Below the pieces are notes generated by a model. It worked only from the letters and a program-made list of their open reading frames with translations. It did not search any database and was not told the DNA's origin. A stretch of 64,000 nt of DNA. Origin: an uncultured Chloroflexia bacterium (GTDB lineage: Bacteria > Chloroflexota > Anaerolineae > Anaerolineales > E44-bin32). Positions 55,929 through 64,000 of this stretch are shown here, piece by piece (position 1 is the first letter of the stretch; each line of letters opens with the position of its first letter). The stretch covers positions 138,303 through 202,302 of the forward strand of contig CAWDZQ010000001.1 in NCBI GenBank assembly GCA_963807065.1, given 5' to 3'. The translations under genes were made by a program, and so were the position numbers.

Positions 55929-56726
55929 ATGCGACGAGGCAGAACATTCTGGGGAGCCGTCCTGCTCCTGGTTGGCACCTTACTCCTGTTGGAGAATCTT
56001 GGAATCCTGACGGTCGACGTTTGGCAAGTCCTGTGGCCAAGCCTGATCATCCTATTCGGCATGTGGTTCCTCCTACGGTCGACGACAGGGCCCAAATCCC
56101 TCCCCATTGAGACCTTCCAGGTCCCTCTGGATGGGGCATCCAAGCTCCACCTGGCGCTGCACTGCGGCGCCGGCAGATTGCATGTTGGCCCGGGCAGTTC
56201 GGCGGAGGCCGCCTTAGAGGGAACTTTCGAAGGCGGGCTCGACCATGAGGTCAACCGGCGGGACACGGACCTGCATGTGGACCTCCGCGTTCCGACCGAC
56301 GATGTGCTCGACCTCATTCCTTGGGGGGCAGACCACGGGCTCGACTGGGACTTGAAGTTGAGCGACGGCGTGGAAGTGGAGCTGAGCGTCGACGCCGGCG
56401 CGAGCGAAAACAGGCTGGACCTGGGTGGGTTAAACGTCTCGCGGCTCGCCTTCAAGACTGGGGCCAGCGACACACGGATCCGCTTTTCTGAACGCCCGGA
56501 GAACGCCCAGGCCGAAATCAGCCTGGGGGCTGCATCGGCCAAGCTGACAATCCCCGACAACGTCGCCGCCAGCGTCCGCATCAACAGCGGGCTGTCGGGG
56601 ATTAAGATCGATGAACACCGCTTCCCCAGGCAAGGAGAGACCTACGAATCACCGAGCTTCGCATCTGCGGCCCAGCGTCTGACCATCCGCATTGAAGCCG
56701 GAGTAGGCTCGGTTGAAATCAATTGA
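55929..56726 (+). CDS. LiaF-like membrane protein: N-terminal TM hairpin plus C-terminal beta-rich (toastrack-like) domain
   Basis: ATG 55929 with an AGGAG SD. FWGAVLLLVGTLLLLENLGIL..VW.VLWPSLIILFG, then repetitive beta-strand-like segments (LHVDLRV, VELSVDAG, LTIRIEAGVGSVEI). Confidence 0.7.
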   Translation: MRRGRTFWGAVLLLVGTLLLLENLGILTVDVWQVLWPSLIILFGMWFLLRSTTGPKSLPIETFQVPLDGASKLHLALHCGAGRLHVGPGSSAEAALEGTFEGGLDHEVNRRDTDLHVDLRVPTDDVLDLIPWGADHGLDWDLKLSDGVEVELSVDAGASENRLDLGGLNVSRLAFKTGASDTRIRFSERPENAQAEISLGAASAKLTIPDNVAASVRINSGLSGIKIDEHRFPRQGETYESPSFASAAQRLTIRIEAGVGSVEIN

Positions 56727-56782
56727 CTCGGATAAGACGCCGGCATTGGCCGGCGGCGCCATCCTAGAATGAGGGTCTGAAC

Positions 56783-57253
56783 ATGTCTCGCAAGCTCTTC
56801 CGCAGCCAGACCAACCGCATGGTCGCCGGGGTGTGTGGCGGTCTGGGCGAATACCTGTCGATCGATCCGATCTTCATCCGGCTGTTCTTCGTACTGCTGA
56901 CGCTCGGCCAAGGTGCCGGCGTGCTCATCTACCTGATCCTTTGGTTCGTGCTCCCCTCAGAGGACGTCGTAGATGCAGACGGCTCGGCCGGCGACCACAT
57001 TCAGCAGGGCGCCACCGAATTCGCTGATCGAGCTCGCCAAATGGGCCAGGAACTCCGGGATTCAGCCATGTCTTCCAACCCTCAGGGCAGGCTTTTCGTC
57101 GGCCTCATCCTGGTCCTGGTTGGCGGCATCTTCCTGCTCAGGAATCTAAACATCGTCTGGCTGCAGTGGCTGAACTTCGGCGTGCTGTGGCCGTTCCTGT
57201 TGATCCTGGGGGGGCTGATTCTGCTGCTCCGCGGCATTCAGAGGGGAGGTTGA
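56783..57253 (+). CDS. PspC-domain membrane protein
   Basis: LFRSQTNRMVAGVCGGLGEYLSIDPIFIRLFFVLL is the PspC signature. The C-terminus repeats the LVGGIFLLRNLNI..W..WPFLLILGG hairpin. Confidence 0.85.
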   Translation: MSRKLFRSQTNRMVAGVCGGLGEYLSIDPIFIRLFFVLLTLGQGAGVLIYLILWFVLPSEDVVDADGSAGDHIQQGATEFADRARQMGQELRDSAMSSNPQGRLFVGLILVLVGGIFLLRNLNIVWLQWLNFGVLWPFLLILGGLILLLRGIQRGG

Positions 57254-57254
57254 G

Positions 57255-58316
57255 ATGAATAACCACCGTCACAGCGGCGTGGCCGGCCCGCTAATCCTGA
57301 TCGCCATCGGCGCCGCCTTCCTGCTCACCAACATGGGCATCCTGTCATGGAGCGCTTGGGGTCTGTTCCGCCTGTGGCCCCTGATCTTGGTGGCCCTTGG
57401 GATCGACCTGCTTCTCGGACGCCGGTCCACGTGGGGCACCGTGCTGGCGGCGATCCTGATCGCCGCTGTGCTGGGCGGCGGCCTGTGGTTGGCTTCCACC
57501 GGGTATCAAGCGCCGACCGGGACAGGTACAGGCGAGGTTCACCAGCCGCTGCAGGGCGCCAGCCAAGCCACCGTTGTCCTACACCCGGCGGCAGGCGAGC
57601 TTCGGCTTTCGGCTCTCGATGCGGCCTCCGCCGACCTGATCAGTGGGTCAGTTAGTGGCCAACCGAGTGACGATGTCCGCCAGCAGTACAACCTAAGCCA
57701 GGGGGCGGCGATCTTCCAGATGGAGACGACCGGATCAGCCGTCTTCCTTCCCAGCGTGGGAACCGGGCCGAGTTGGTCCCTTCGAATCAGCCCGAAGGTC
57801 CCCCTCCATCTGGAGGTCGAGCAAGGTGCGGGGGAAATGTCCCTTGATCTGCGCTCACTCCAGCTCAAGGAGCTGACGGTCAATCTGGCCGTCGGCCAGA
57901 TCACCGTGCTGCTGCCCGCTCGGGGCAGGTACACAGCCAGGATCGACGGCGCCATCGGCGACACCACCATCATCTTACCGGCGGGGTTGGAAGCCAAAAT
58001 TACGCTGAATGCGGCGCTGGCTGGTAGATCCGTTCCGGATGGGTTCAGCGGACAGGGCAATCAGTATGTCAGCGGTGGCTACGCAGCGGCGGGGAACCGC
58101 GTCGATCTGGTCATCGGCCAGGCTATTGGCAACGTCTCCGTCCAGCGCGCCCTCCCCGTAAGACGCCCGAGGACTCCAGAGACCACCTGGGCCCGATGCA
58201 CGCATCGGGCCCAGTCTCTTTGCGGCCAGTCCAGGGCGGCTGTCTACGGCATTAGGCGCAAGAAGCGGCGCTTCCCCACCCTGAGCACGGCCGGCGCATC
58301 CAACGCCACGGGCTGA
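57255..58316 (+). CDS. LiaF-like membrane protein with a toastrack-like C-terminal domain; the 3' end is questionable
   Basis: LILIAIGAAFLLTNMGIL..W..WPLILVALG, then a beta-rich domain. The last ~55 aa are R-rich and overlap tyrS convergently by 73 nt. Confidence 0.7.
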   Translation: MNNHRHSGVAGPLILIAIGAAFLLTNMGILSWSAWGLFRLWPLILVALGIDLLLGRRSTWGTVLAAILIAAVLGGGLWLASTGYQAPTGTGTGEVHQPLQGASQATVVLHPAAGELRLSALDAASADLISGSVSGQPSDDVRQQYNLSQGAAIFQMETTGSAVFLPSVGTGPSWSLRISPKVPLHLEVEQGAGEMSLDLRSLQLKELTVNLAVGQITVLLPARGRYTARIDGAIGDTTIILPAGLEAKITLNAALAGRSVPDGFSGQGNQYVSGGYAAAGNRVDLVIGQAIGNVSVQRALPVRRPRTPETTWARCTHRAQSLCGQSRAAVYGIRRKKRRFPTLSTAGASNATG

Positions 58317-59473
58317 TCGCCGTCATCGACCCCGTTTTCGTCCAGCCTGACCCCATTCTGCTCGACCAAGCGCCTTGCCTGGCTCTTGGACGGCACCAGA
58401 CCGGAGTCGACCATCACGTCCACCAGGCTCTGGCCCGGTTGCAGGGCATACACGGGCATGTCCTCCGGCATTCCCTGTTCCTGGAAGACCCTGCGGAAGG
58501 CGTCTTCGGCGGCCTCCGCCTGCTCTTCGCCATGGTAGATGCTCACGATCTCATGCGCCAGCTGCATTTTGGCATCCCGCGGATGAAGGTCCCCCGTGCG
58601 GATCGCGATTTCGCGTTCGGCGATCTCCGACGGTGTCCACCGCGTCACCATCCGGAAGTAGGCCGGCATGGCTCGATCGGGCAGGCTCATCACCTTGCCG
58701 TACATGTCCTCAGGCGTTGCCAACAGTGCGATGTGGTTGCCCAAAGACTTGCTCATCCGGATGTCACCATCTGTCCCGGGCAAGATCCCCATCAAGATGC
58801 CGATGTTCGGCTCAGCGCCCAAGACCTCCATCAGCTTGCGGCCGGCGGTGATGATGTTGAACAGCTGCTCGCTGCCGCCAATCTGGACGTCCGTGCCGAG
58901 ATGAAAGGCATCGTATGCCTGCATCAAGGCGTAGAAGAACTCGTGCACGTAGATGGGGTCGCCTTCATCGAATCGTCTGCGGAAGGTGTCCCGCGTCAAG
59001 AATTGTTGGATGGTGAAGTTGGATGCTAATTTGATGACGTCGGCGAAACTCAACTTCGAGAGCCAGGAGTCGTTGTATTCAACCCGCGTGATCTCGGGGT
59101 TGAGGATCTTGAACGCCTGTCGAGCGTAGGTCTCGGCGTTGTAGGTCGTCTCCTCCAATGTGAGCTGAGGGCGAAGCTCGTCCTTGTCCGACGGATCGCC
59201 GATCAGCGAGGTGTAGCGACCAATAACGAAGATCACCTCGTGTCCCAACTCCTGGAACTGGCGCATCTTGCGCATCGGGACGGTGTGGCCGAGGTGGAGG
59301 TCCGACGTGCGCGGGTCGAAACCACAGTACACCTTCAGCGGGCGGCCCTCTTTTTTGGCCCCGATCAGCCGCGCCCGGAGCTCATCGGCCATCGCCTTCT
59401 GCAAGCTGTCGTCGCCGTACTCGGTCCCCTGCATCAGCAGGGCCACTTGGTCGTCGATGGTCATCTTCGTCAT
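58244..59473 (-). CDS. tyrS: tyrosine--tRNA ligase
   Basis: Class I HIGH variant (DLHLGH), KMSKS variant RMSKSLGN and a C-terminal S4 domain (SKSQARRLVEQNGVRLD). The start is set at MTKMTIDD (ATG 59473). Confidence 0.95.
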   Translation of the reverse strand: MTKMTIDDQVALLMQGTEYGDDSLQKAMADELRARLIGAKKEGRPLKVYCGFDPRTSDLHLGHTVPMRKMRQFQELGHEVIFVIGRYTSLIGDPSDKDELRPQLTLEETTYNAETYARQAFKILNPEITRVEYNDSWLSKLSFADVIKLASNFTIQQFLTRDTFRRRFDEGDPIYVHEFFYALMQAYDAFHLGTDVQIGGSEQLFNIITAGRKLMEVLGAEPNIGILMGILPGTDGDIRMSKSLGNHIALLATPEDMYGKVMSLPDRAMPAYFRMVTRWTPSEIAEREIAIRTGDLHPRDAKMQLAHEIVSIYHGEEQAEAAEDAFRRVFQEQGMPEDMPVYALQPGQSLVDVMVDSGLVPSKSQARRLVEQNGVRLDENGVDDGDQPVALDAPAVLRVGKRRFLRLMP

Positions 59474-59600
59474 GTGTTCTCGCTCACCCTTGCTTACCCT
59501 GACGACGTGCGCTCGCGGCGCCCGCTCGGCGATTATACCTTGACCGGTTGGATGGGCGGCACCTCCTGGCGTATAATCCGCAATCGAGTTCGGAGGCTGT

Positions 59601-62352
59601 ATGTCACCAAGCAAGAAGGACAAACCCAACCCGCTTTCAAGCGCCGAGATTCGACAATCCTACCTGGATTTCTTCGCCGAACGCGGCCATACCATCGTCC
59701 CTTCCGCCTCCCTGGTTCCGGGCGGCGATGACACCTTGCTCTTCACCAACTCGGGGATGGTCCAATTCAAAGACATCTTCCTGGGCAGCGGCAAGCGGCC
59801 CTACACGCGGGCGGTGGATTCGCAGAAGTGCATGCGTGTCGCCGGCAAGCACAACGATCTCGACGACGTCGGCCGTGACGATATCCACCACACCTTCTTT
59901 GAAATGCTTGGCAACTGGTCTTTCGGCGACTACTACAAGCAGGAGGCCATTTCTTGGGCCTGGACCCTGCTGACCGACATCTGGGGTTTGCCCAAGGAAC
60001 ACCTGTATGCTACCTGCTTCGAAGATGAGTTCGATCAAATTCCGCGCGACGACGAGGCCGCCGACGTCTGGCGGACCCAGCCGGGATTCGATCCCGAGCA
60101 CGTCCTGTTCTTCGGCCGTAAAGACAATTTTTGGGAGATGGCCGAGACCGGGCCGTGCGGCCCGGACAGCGAAATTCACCTCGACCGGGGCCCCGGATAC
60201 TGCGACAAGAAGGAAGTCGAGGGCCACGTTTGCCGCGTCAACGGTGACTGCCAACGCTTCCTTGAATTGTGGAACCTGGTCTTCATTCAGTACAATCGCC
60301 TCAACCCGGATGAGCTCGAGCCCCTGCCCGCCAAACACGTCGACACCGGCATGGGTTTCGAACGCATCGTCTCCGTGCTCCAAGACGTCACTTCCAACTA
60401 TCAGACGGACCTCTTCCAGCCGCTGCTCGACCGCGTGCAGGCGATGGCCGGGCATTCTGACGATGAGCGGGCCGCCCTTCTCACCCCGTACCGAGTGATC
60501 GCCGATCACGCGCGCGCCGCCACATTCCTCATCGGCGACGGCGTGGTCCCCGGCAACACCGGCCGCAACTACGTCTGCCGCATGATCATCCGGCGCGCCA
60601 GCCGCTTCGGCAGCTATGCCGGCTTCAGTGATCCCTTCCTGGCTGGCATAGCCGAAGCCGTGATCGACCATTACGGGGAGGCTTACCCGGAGATTCGCCA
60701 AAATCGCGACACAATTGTGAAAACCATCACACATGAGGAGCGGCGCTTTCACCGCACCGTCGAGGCCGGCGTGGCCCACCTGATGGACGATCTGCAGGCG
60801 GTCAAAGCAGCTGGCGGGTCCGAGCTCTCGGGCCAGTCAGCCTTTGATTTATATGCCACCTACGGCCTCCCCTTCGAAATCACGCGCGACATCGCGCGCG
60901 AACAGGGCACGGACACCGACAGCGCGGGTTTCCTCGAGGCAATGGAAGTCCACCGTTTTGTTTCAAGTCCGGAAGCCGGGGACCACGAAGCCGAGGCATC
61001 CGACGTCGAGGTGTACCAGGCCCTGCTCGAAAGGCTCAAGGCGGATGGCCGGCTGGACAACAAGGGTGTAGCTCACGACCCCTACTACGGGGTTGAAAGC
61101 GAAGGGGCGGTGCTGGCGCTGGTCGCCGATGGGCAGCCCGTCAAGCGCGCCCAGCTTGGGCAGGACGTGGCGGTGGTGCTGCCCGCCACGCACTTCTATG
61201 TTGAAGGCGGCGGCCAGGTCTCCGACACCGGTTCGATCGTGTCGGTCGATGAGCCGCGCTGGCACATCCGGGTGGATGAGGTGCGGCGACCCGTGACCGG
61301 CCTGGTGGTGCACATGGGCCGGGTTGAGCGCGGGGAGCCGGCCGTGGGCGACCTGGCCCTGGCGGCGGTCGATGCCAGCCGGCGTATGGACATCATGCGC
61401 AACCACACCGCCACCCACCTGCTCCACGCCGCCCTGCAGGCCGTACTCGGCCGGCACGCCCGCCAGGCGGGGTCGCTGGTGGCTCCCGACCGGCTGCGCT
61501 TCGACTTCAACCATCCAGAGGCCATGACTTCGAACCGAGCTCGATCGGGTCGAGACTTTGGTGAATGACGCCATCCTGGACGATTACACGCTGCATATCG
61601 AGTACAAGCCCCGCGAGCAAGCCATCGACGAAGGCGCCATGGCGCTCTTCGGAGAGAACTACGGCTCAACGGTACGGACGATTCAGATCGGCGAACCCGA
61701 GACCGTCTCCTATGAGCTGTGCGGCGGAACGCATGTGCCCTCCACCGGGGTAATCGGGTCATTCGTAATCGTCAGCGAGAGCAGCGCCGCCGCCGGGATC
61801 CGCAGAATCGAGGCCCTAACCGGGCGCGGTGCCCTGGAGTGGATGAAGCGGCGGCGGGATCAGCTTGACCGCCTGGCGGACACGCTGCGCACGACGCCGG
61901 ACGCCGTGTCGGACCGGTTGGCGGGTTTGATTGCCGAACGTGATGCCCTGGCGAGCGAACTCGAAGCGGCGCTGGCCAAGCAGGCCTCCCAAGCCTTCAC
62001 CGACCTTGTGCCGGCCGATGTCGGCGGGGTCCAGGTGCTCGCGGCTCAGATCCCCAATGCGGACGCCGATGTGTTGCGCCAGCTCGCCGATCGCTTCCGC
62101 GAACAACACCCCAGCGGTGTCATTGTCTTGGCCTCCGCCCATGAGGGTCGGCCGATCATTGTGGCTGCCGTCACCAAGGACCTGGTGGCACGCGGCTTGC
62201 ATGCCGGTCAATTGGCCAAGGCGGCCGCCGAGCGTGTGGGCGGCGGAGGCGGCGGCAAACCCACCCTGGCCCAGGCCGGCGGGGTCGACGTCGAACATAT
62301 CCCCGATGCCCTGGCCCTGGTTCCCGAATGGGTTGCCGCTCACCTCAGCTGA
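59601..62352 (+). pseudogene. alaS: alanine--tRNA ligase with its reading frame interrupted (+1) at ~61535; most likely an assembly indel rather than a true pseudogene
   Basis: ORF 59601..61568 covers the catalytic and tRNA-binding domains and ends FDFNHPEAMTSN followed by junk. Frame 1 opens at 61528 and reads ELDRVETLVNDAIL...CGGTHV... through the editing and C-Ala domains to 62352. The 2752-nt span equals 3n+1. Confidence 0.93.
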
Positions 62353-62382
62353 GGTGAGCGGGCGACCGGAAGCTGACGGCCG

Positions 62383-63876
62383 GTGAAGGTTCAACTCCTG
62401 TACCTCGACGCCCATGATGACCAGGTATCCGTCCGGGATAAGATGGGATGGGTCAAGGCACCGCGCCTGCTGGTGGTCTGGCCCCGCCGCGGCCGTGTGC
62501 TGACACGCCGTCTGGACCTGACTCTCATTCAGCGCCAGGCCGCCCGCCGGGGCGCTCAGATCGGCCTGGTGACCTTCGACCCGGACGTCCGCGACCACGC
62601 TCAGGACTTGGGTATCCCCGTATTCGACTCGGTCGATTCAACGCCGGAATCCATTTGGCGGGCTGCCGAACCAAAATCTCTTCCCTTCGAAAGAGCACAG
62701 TCCGACCGAGCCCGGCTGGAGGAGCCCCTTCGCCGTTCGGCCGTGGGGCCAAGCAAGCCGACCGGCTGGGACAGCCTGCAACGCTGGTCGGCGTTCGTTG
62801 TCGGGGTGGCTGCCCTGGCCGCGCTTGCCGCCGCACTCCTTCCGAGCGCCAGCGTGGTGGTCACACCGAACACCCACATCCACCGAACCCGGCTGCAGAT
62901 AGTGCTCGATCCAGAAGTGGACACCTTGACGGCGGACAACCACATCCCGGCCGATCGCCGCACGCTGGAAGTCTCCGGGCAGCTACGCATCCCGGTCAGC
63001 GGCAAGATCGCCGTGCCAACTTCCCCGGCCCAAGGAGCCGTGCTGTTTACCAACCTCGGCCAGGATTCAATCACCCTGCCCAGGGGGACAGGGGTACGGG
63101 CCGACGCGCCTGGTATGCCCCTGTTTGTGACGCTCGTGACGGCGACCCTCGGCGCCGGGTCCCAGGCCACGGTGGCGGTCCGGGCCGCCCAGCCCGGAAT
63201 TCAAGGCAACTTGCCCGCCTTCTCCATCGGGTCGATCGAGGGCCCCCTCGGCCTGCAAGTGGCCGTCACTAATCCGAAACCCACCTTGGGCGGAGCCGAA
63301 ACCACAAAACCGGCGGTGGCGCCAGCCGATTTGCGCCAGCTTGAGGCGCGCCTGCAAACGCAACTGCTCGACCAGGCGGCAGCCGATTTCCCGGGCCGGC
63401 TTGGTGAAGGGGAGGCTGTGCTCCCCGTCAGCCTTCGGATCGACCAGACTCTGGAGCGCGCTTTCGACGCCCAGGCCGACGATGTGGCCCAGAGCGTTTC
63501 GCTCAGCATGAAGCTTGAGGTTTCGGGCCTCGTCTACCATCCGCAGACGGTGCAGGCCGCCGGGCTGCGGGCGCTTGGTGCCCATCGACCCTCCGGCACG
63601 GCGGCCGTTCCCGGCTCGCTCCAGACCAGCATCGTCCCGATGGACGGTCATCCAGATCAACTCACGCTAACGGCCGCGGAATCGATCTACCCCGACCTGC
63701 CTCGGGCGGAGCTCGTCCAGAGTGTTGCTGGCCAGCCCCCACAGGCGGTAGATGGGCTGATTGGGTCGCACTACGCCGACGCCGCCGTGGCTCTGACCCT
63801 GCGACCTTCCTGGCTGCCCCGTCTTCCCTGGCTCCCGACGCGAATCGCCGTCCGAACGCCGTGGGAGAGGCGCTGA
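62383..63876 (+). CDS. membrane-anchored protein with a baseplate-J (gp47)-like C-terminal region
   Basis: 497 aa, GTG start. Cytoplasmic N-domain, one TM (WSAFVVGVAALAALAAALL), then ...ATVAVRAAQPGIQGNLPAFSIGSIEGPLGLQVAVTNPKPTLGGAE, which resembles the Baseplate_J consensus. The family assignment is from memory and unverified. Confidence 0.55.
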   Translation: MKVQLLYLDAHDDQVSVRDKMGWVKAPRLLVVWPRRGRVLTRRLDLTLIQRQAARRGAQIGLVTFDPDVRDHAQDLGIPVFDSVDSTPESIWRAAEPKSLPFERAQSDRARLEEPLRRSAVGPSKPTGWDSLQRWSAFVVGVAALAALAAALLPSASVVVTPNTHIHRTRLQIVLDPEVDTLTADNHIPADRRTLEVSGQLRIPVSGKIAVPTSPAQGAVLFTNLGQDSITLPRGTGVRADAPGMPLFVTLVTATLGAGSQATVAVRAAQPGIQGNLPAFSIGSIEGPLGLQVAVTNPKPTLGGAETTKPAVAPADLRQLEARLQTQLLDQAAADFPGRLGEGEAVLPVSLRIDQTLERAFDAQADDVAQSVSLSMKLEVSGLVYHPQTVQAAGLRALGAHRPSGTAAVPGSLQTSIVPMDGHPDQLTLTAAESIYPDLPRAELVQSVAGQPPQAVDGLIGSHYADAAVALTLRPSWLPRLPWLPTRIAVRTPWERR

Positions 63877-63879
63877 GAC

Positions 63880-64000
63880 GTGGGGCGTGTCCTGGCAGTA
63901 GACCCTGGCGACGTGCAAATCGGCCTGGCGGTGAGTGACCCCACACGGACCATCGCCCGCCCGCTCAAGATCCTCGATCACAGCTCACGCCCCCAAGATG
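63880..64000 (+). CDS. ruvX: Holliday-junction-resolvase-like nuclease RuvX/YqgF, N-terminal fragment (runs off the window)
   Basis: Translation from GTG 63880 gives VGRVLAVDPGDVQIGLAVSDPTRTIARPLKILDH, matching the YqgF N-terminal xLDxGxxRIGxAxSD motif. alaS-ruvX adjacency is widely conserved. Confidence 0.7.
   Translation, partial: MGRVLAVDPGDVQIGLAVSDPTRTIARPLKILDHSSRPQD

Noticed and set aside
59474-59600. T-box riboswitch upstream of tyrS or alaS
   Set aside because: The divergent intergenic region is only 127 nt, too short for a T-box leader. I could not find the conserved T-box sequence (AANNNGGGTGGNACCGCG-like) on either strand.
59637-60779. 380-aa minus-strand ORF
   Set aside because: It is antisense to the catalytic domain of alaS and is another GC-driven shadow ORF. 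The same reasoning applies to 1014..1790, 8205..8855, 9135..10112, 3255..4085, 14357..15184, 31943..32344, 36884..37816, 51502..52077 and similar entries.
62341-62356. Perfect 16-nt palindrome CACCTCAGCTGAGGTG spanning the alaS stop codon
   Set aside because: It is too short, has no loop and no T tract, so it cannot be called a terminator. The next gene starts 27 nt later on the same strand. It is probably incidental or a minor mRNA structure.
62383-63876. Prophage or tailocin remnant, based on the baseplate-J-like gene
   Set aside because: There are no integrase, tail tube/sheath, spike, terminase or att-like repeats in the flanks. The gene is packed within the alaS-ruvX housekeeping string with the same compositional character.

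Overview
This is a GC-rich, densely coding bacterial chromosome segment made up almost entirely of core housekeeping genes. Several features point to a monoderm Terrabacteria lineage, most plausibly Chloroflexota (inference only): the rpmB<>asp23-DAK2(fakA-like)-degV-recG-coaD synteny, an exonuclease-DinG fusion, an FhaA/FhaA/FhaB-RodA-PBP cluster, a sufCBD-sufS-sufU operon facing a sufR-like gene, and a LysW-like carrier. I call about 63 protein genes and one tRNA-Leu(UAG). I also call a 59-aa rpmB that is below the ORF-track cutoff, a partial LysW-like gene at the left edge and a partial ruvX at the right edge. I saw no rRNA, CRISPR array, transposase or integrase, prophage block or recognisable defence island. 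I did not find a convincing wholly new system; the findings below are the best leads, scored modestly. (1) degV, recG (N-terminal extension), rodA/pbp and the essential alaS are each split by a break that needs a +1 shift. A fifth gene has a suspicious tail. Each break can be repaired by deleting one base, which looks like consensus insertion error rather than biology. (2) Once repaired, rodA and the class B PBP read as one SEDS-bPBP fusion polypeptide, inside an actinobacterial-style FHA cluster that lacks the kinase and phosphatase genes. (3) The sufC/sufR intergenic region carries two mirror-image promoters that share a GAAATATTGACAG element, and sufR looks nearly leaderless. (4) A LysW-like zinc-ribbon protein with a non-canonical ...EEDDEY tail sits next to a methyltransferase-ATP-grasp fusion. 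(5) Ribosomal protein S16 carries a ~175-aa acidic extension built on a 48-bp tandem repeat. (6) There is a four-gene PspC/LiaF-like membrane module. Start codons are often uncertain because GTG/TTG starts are common here.
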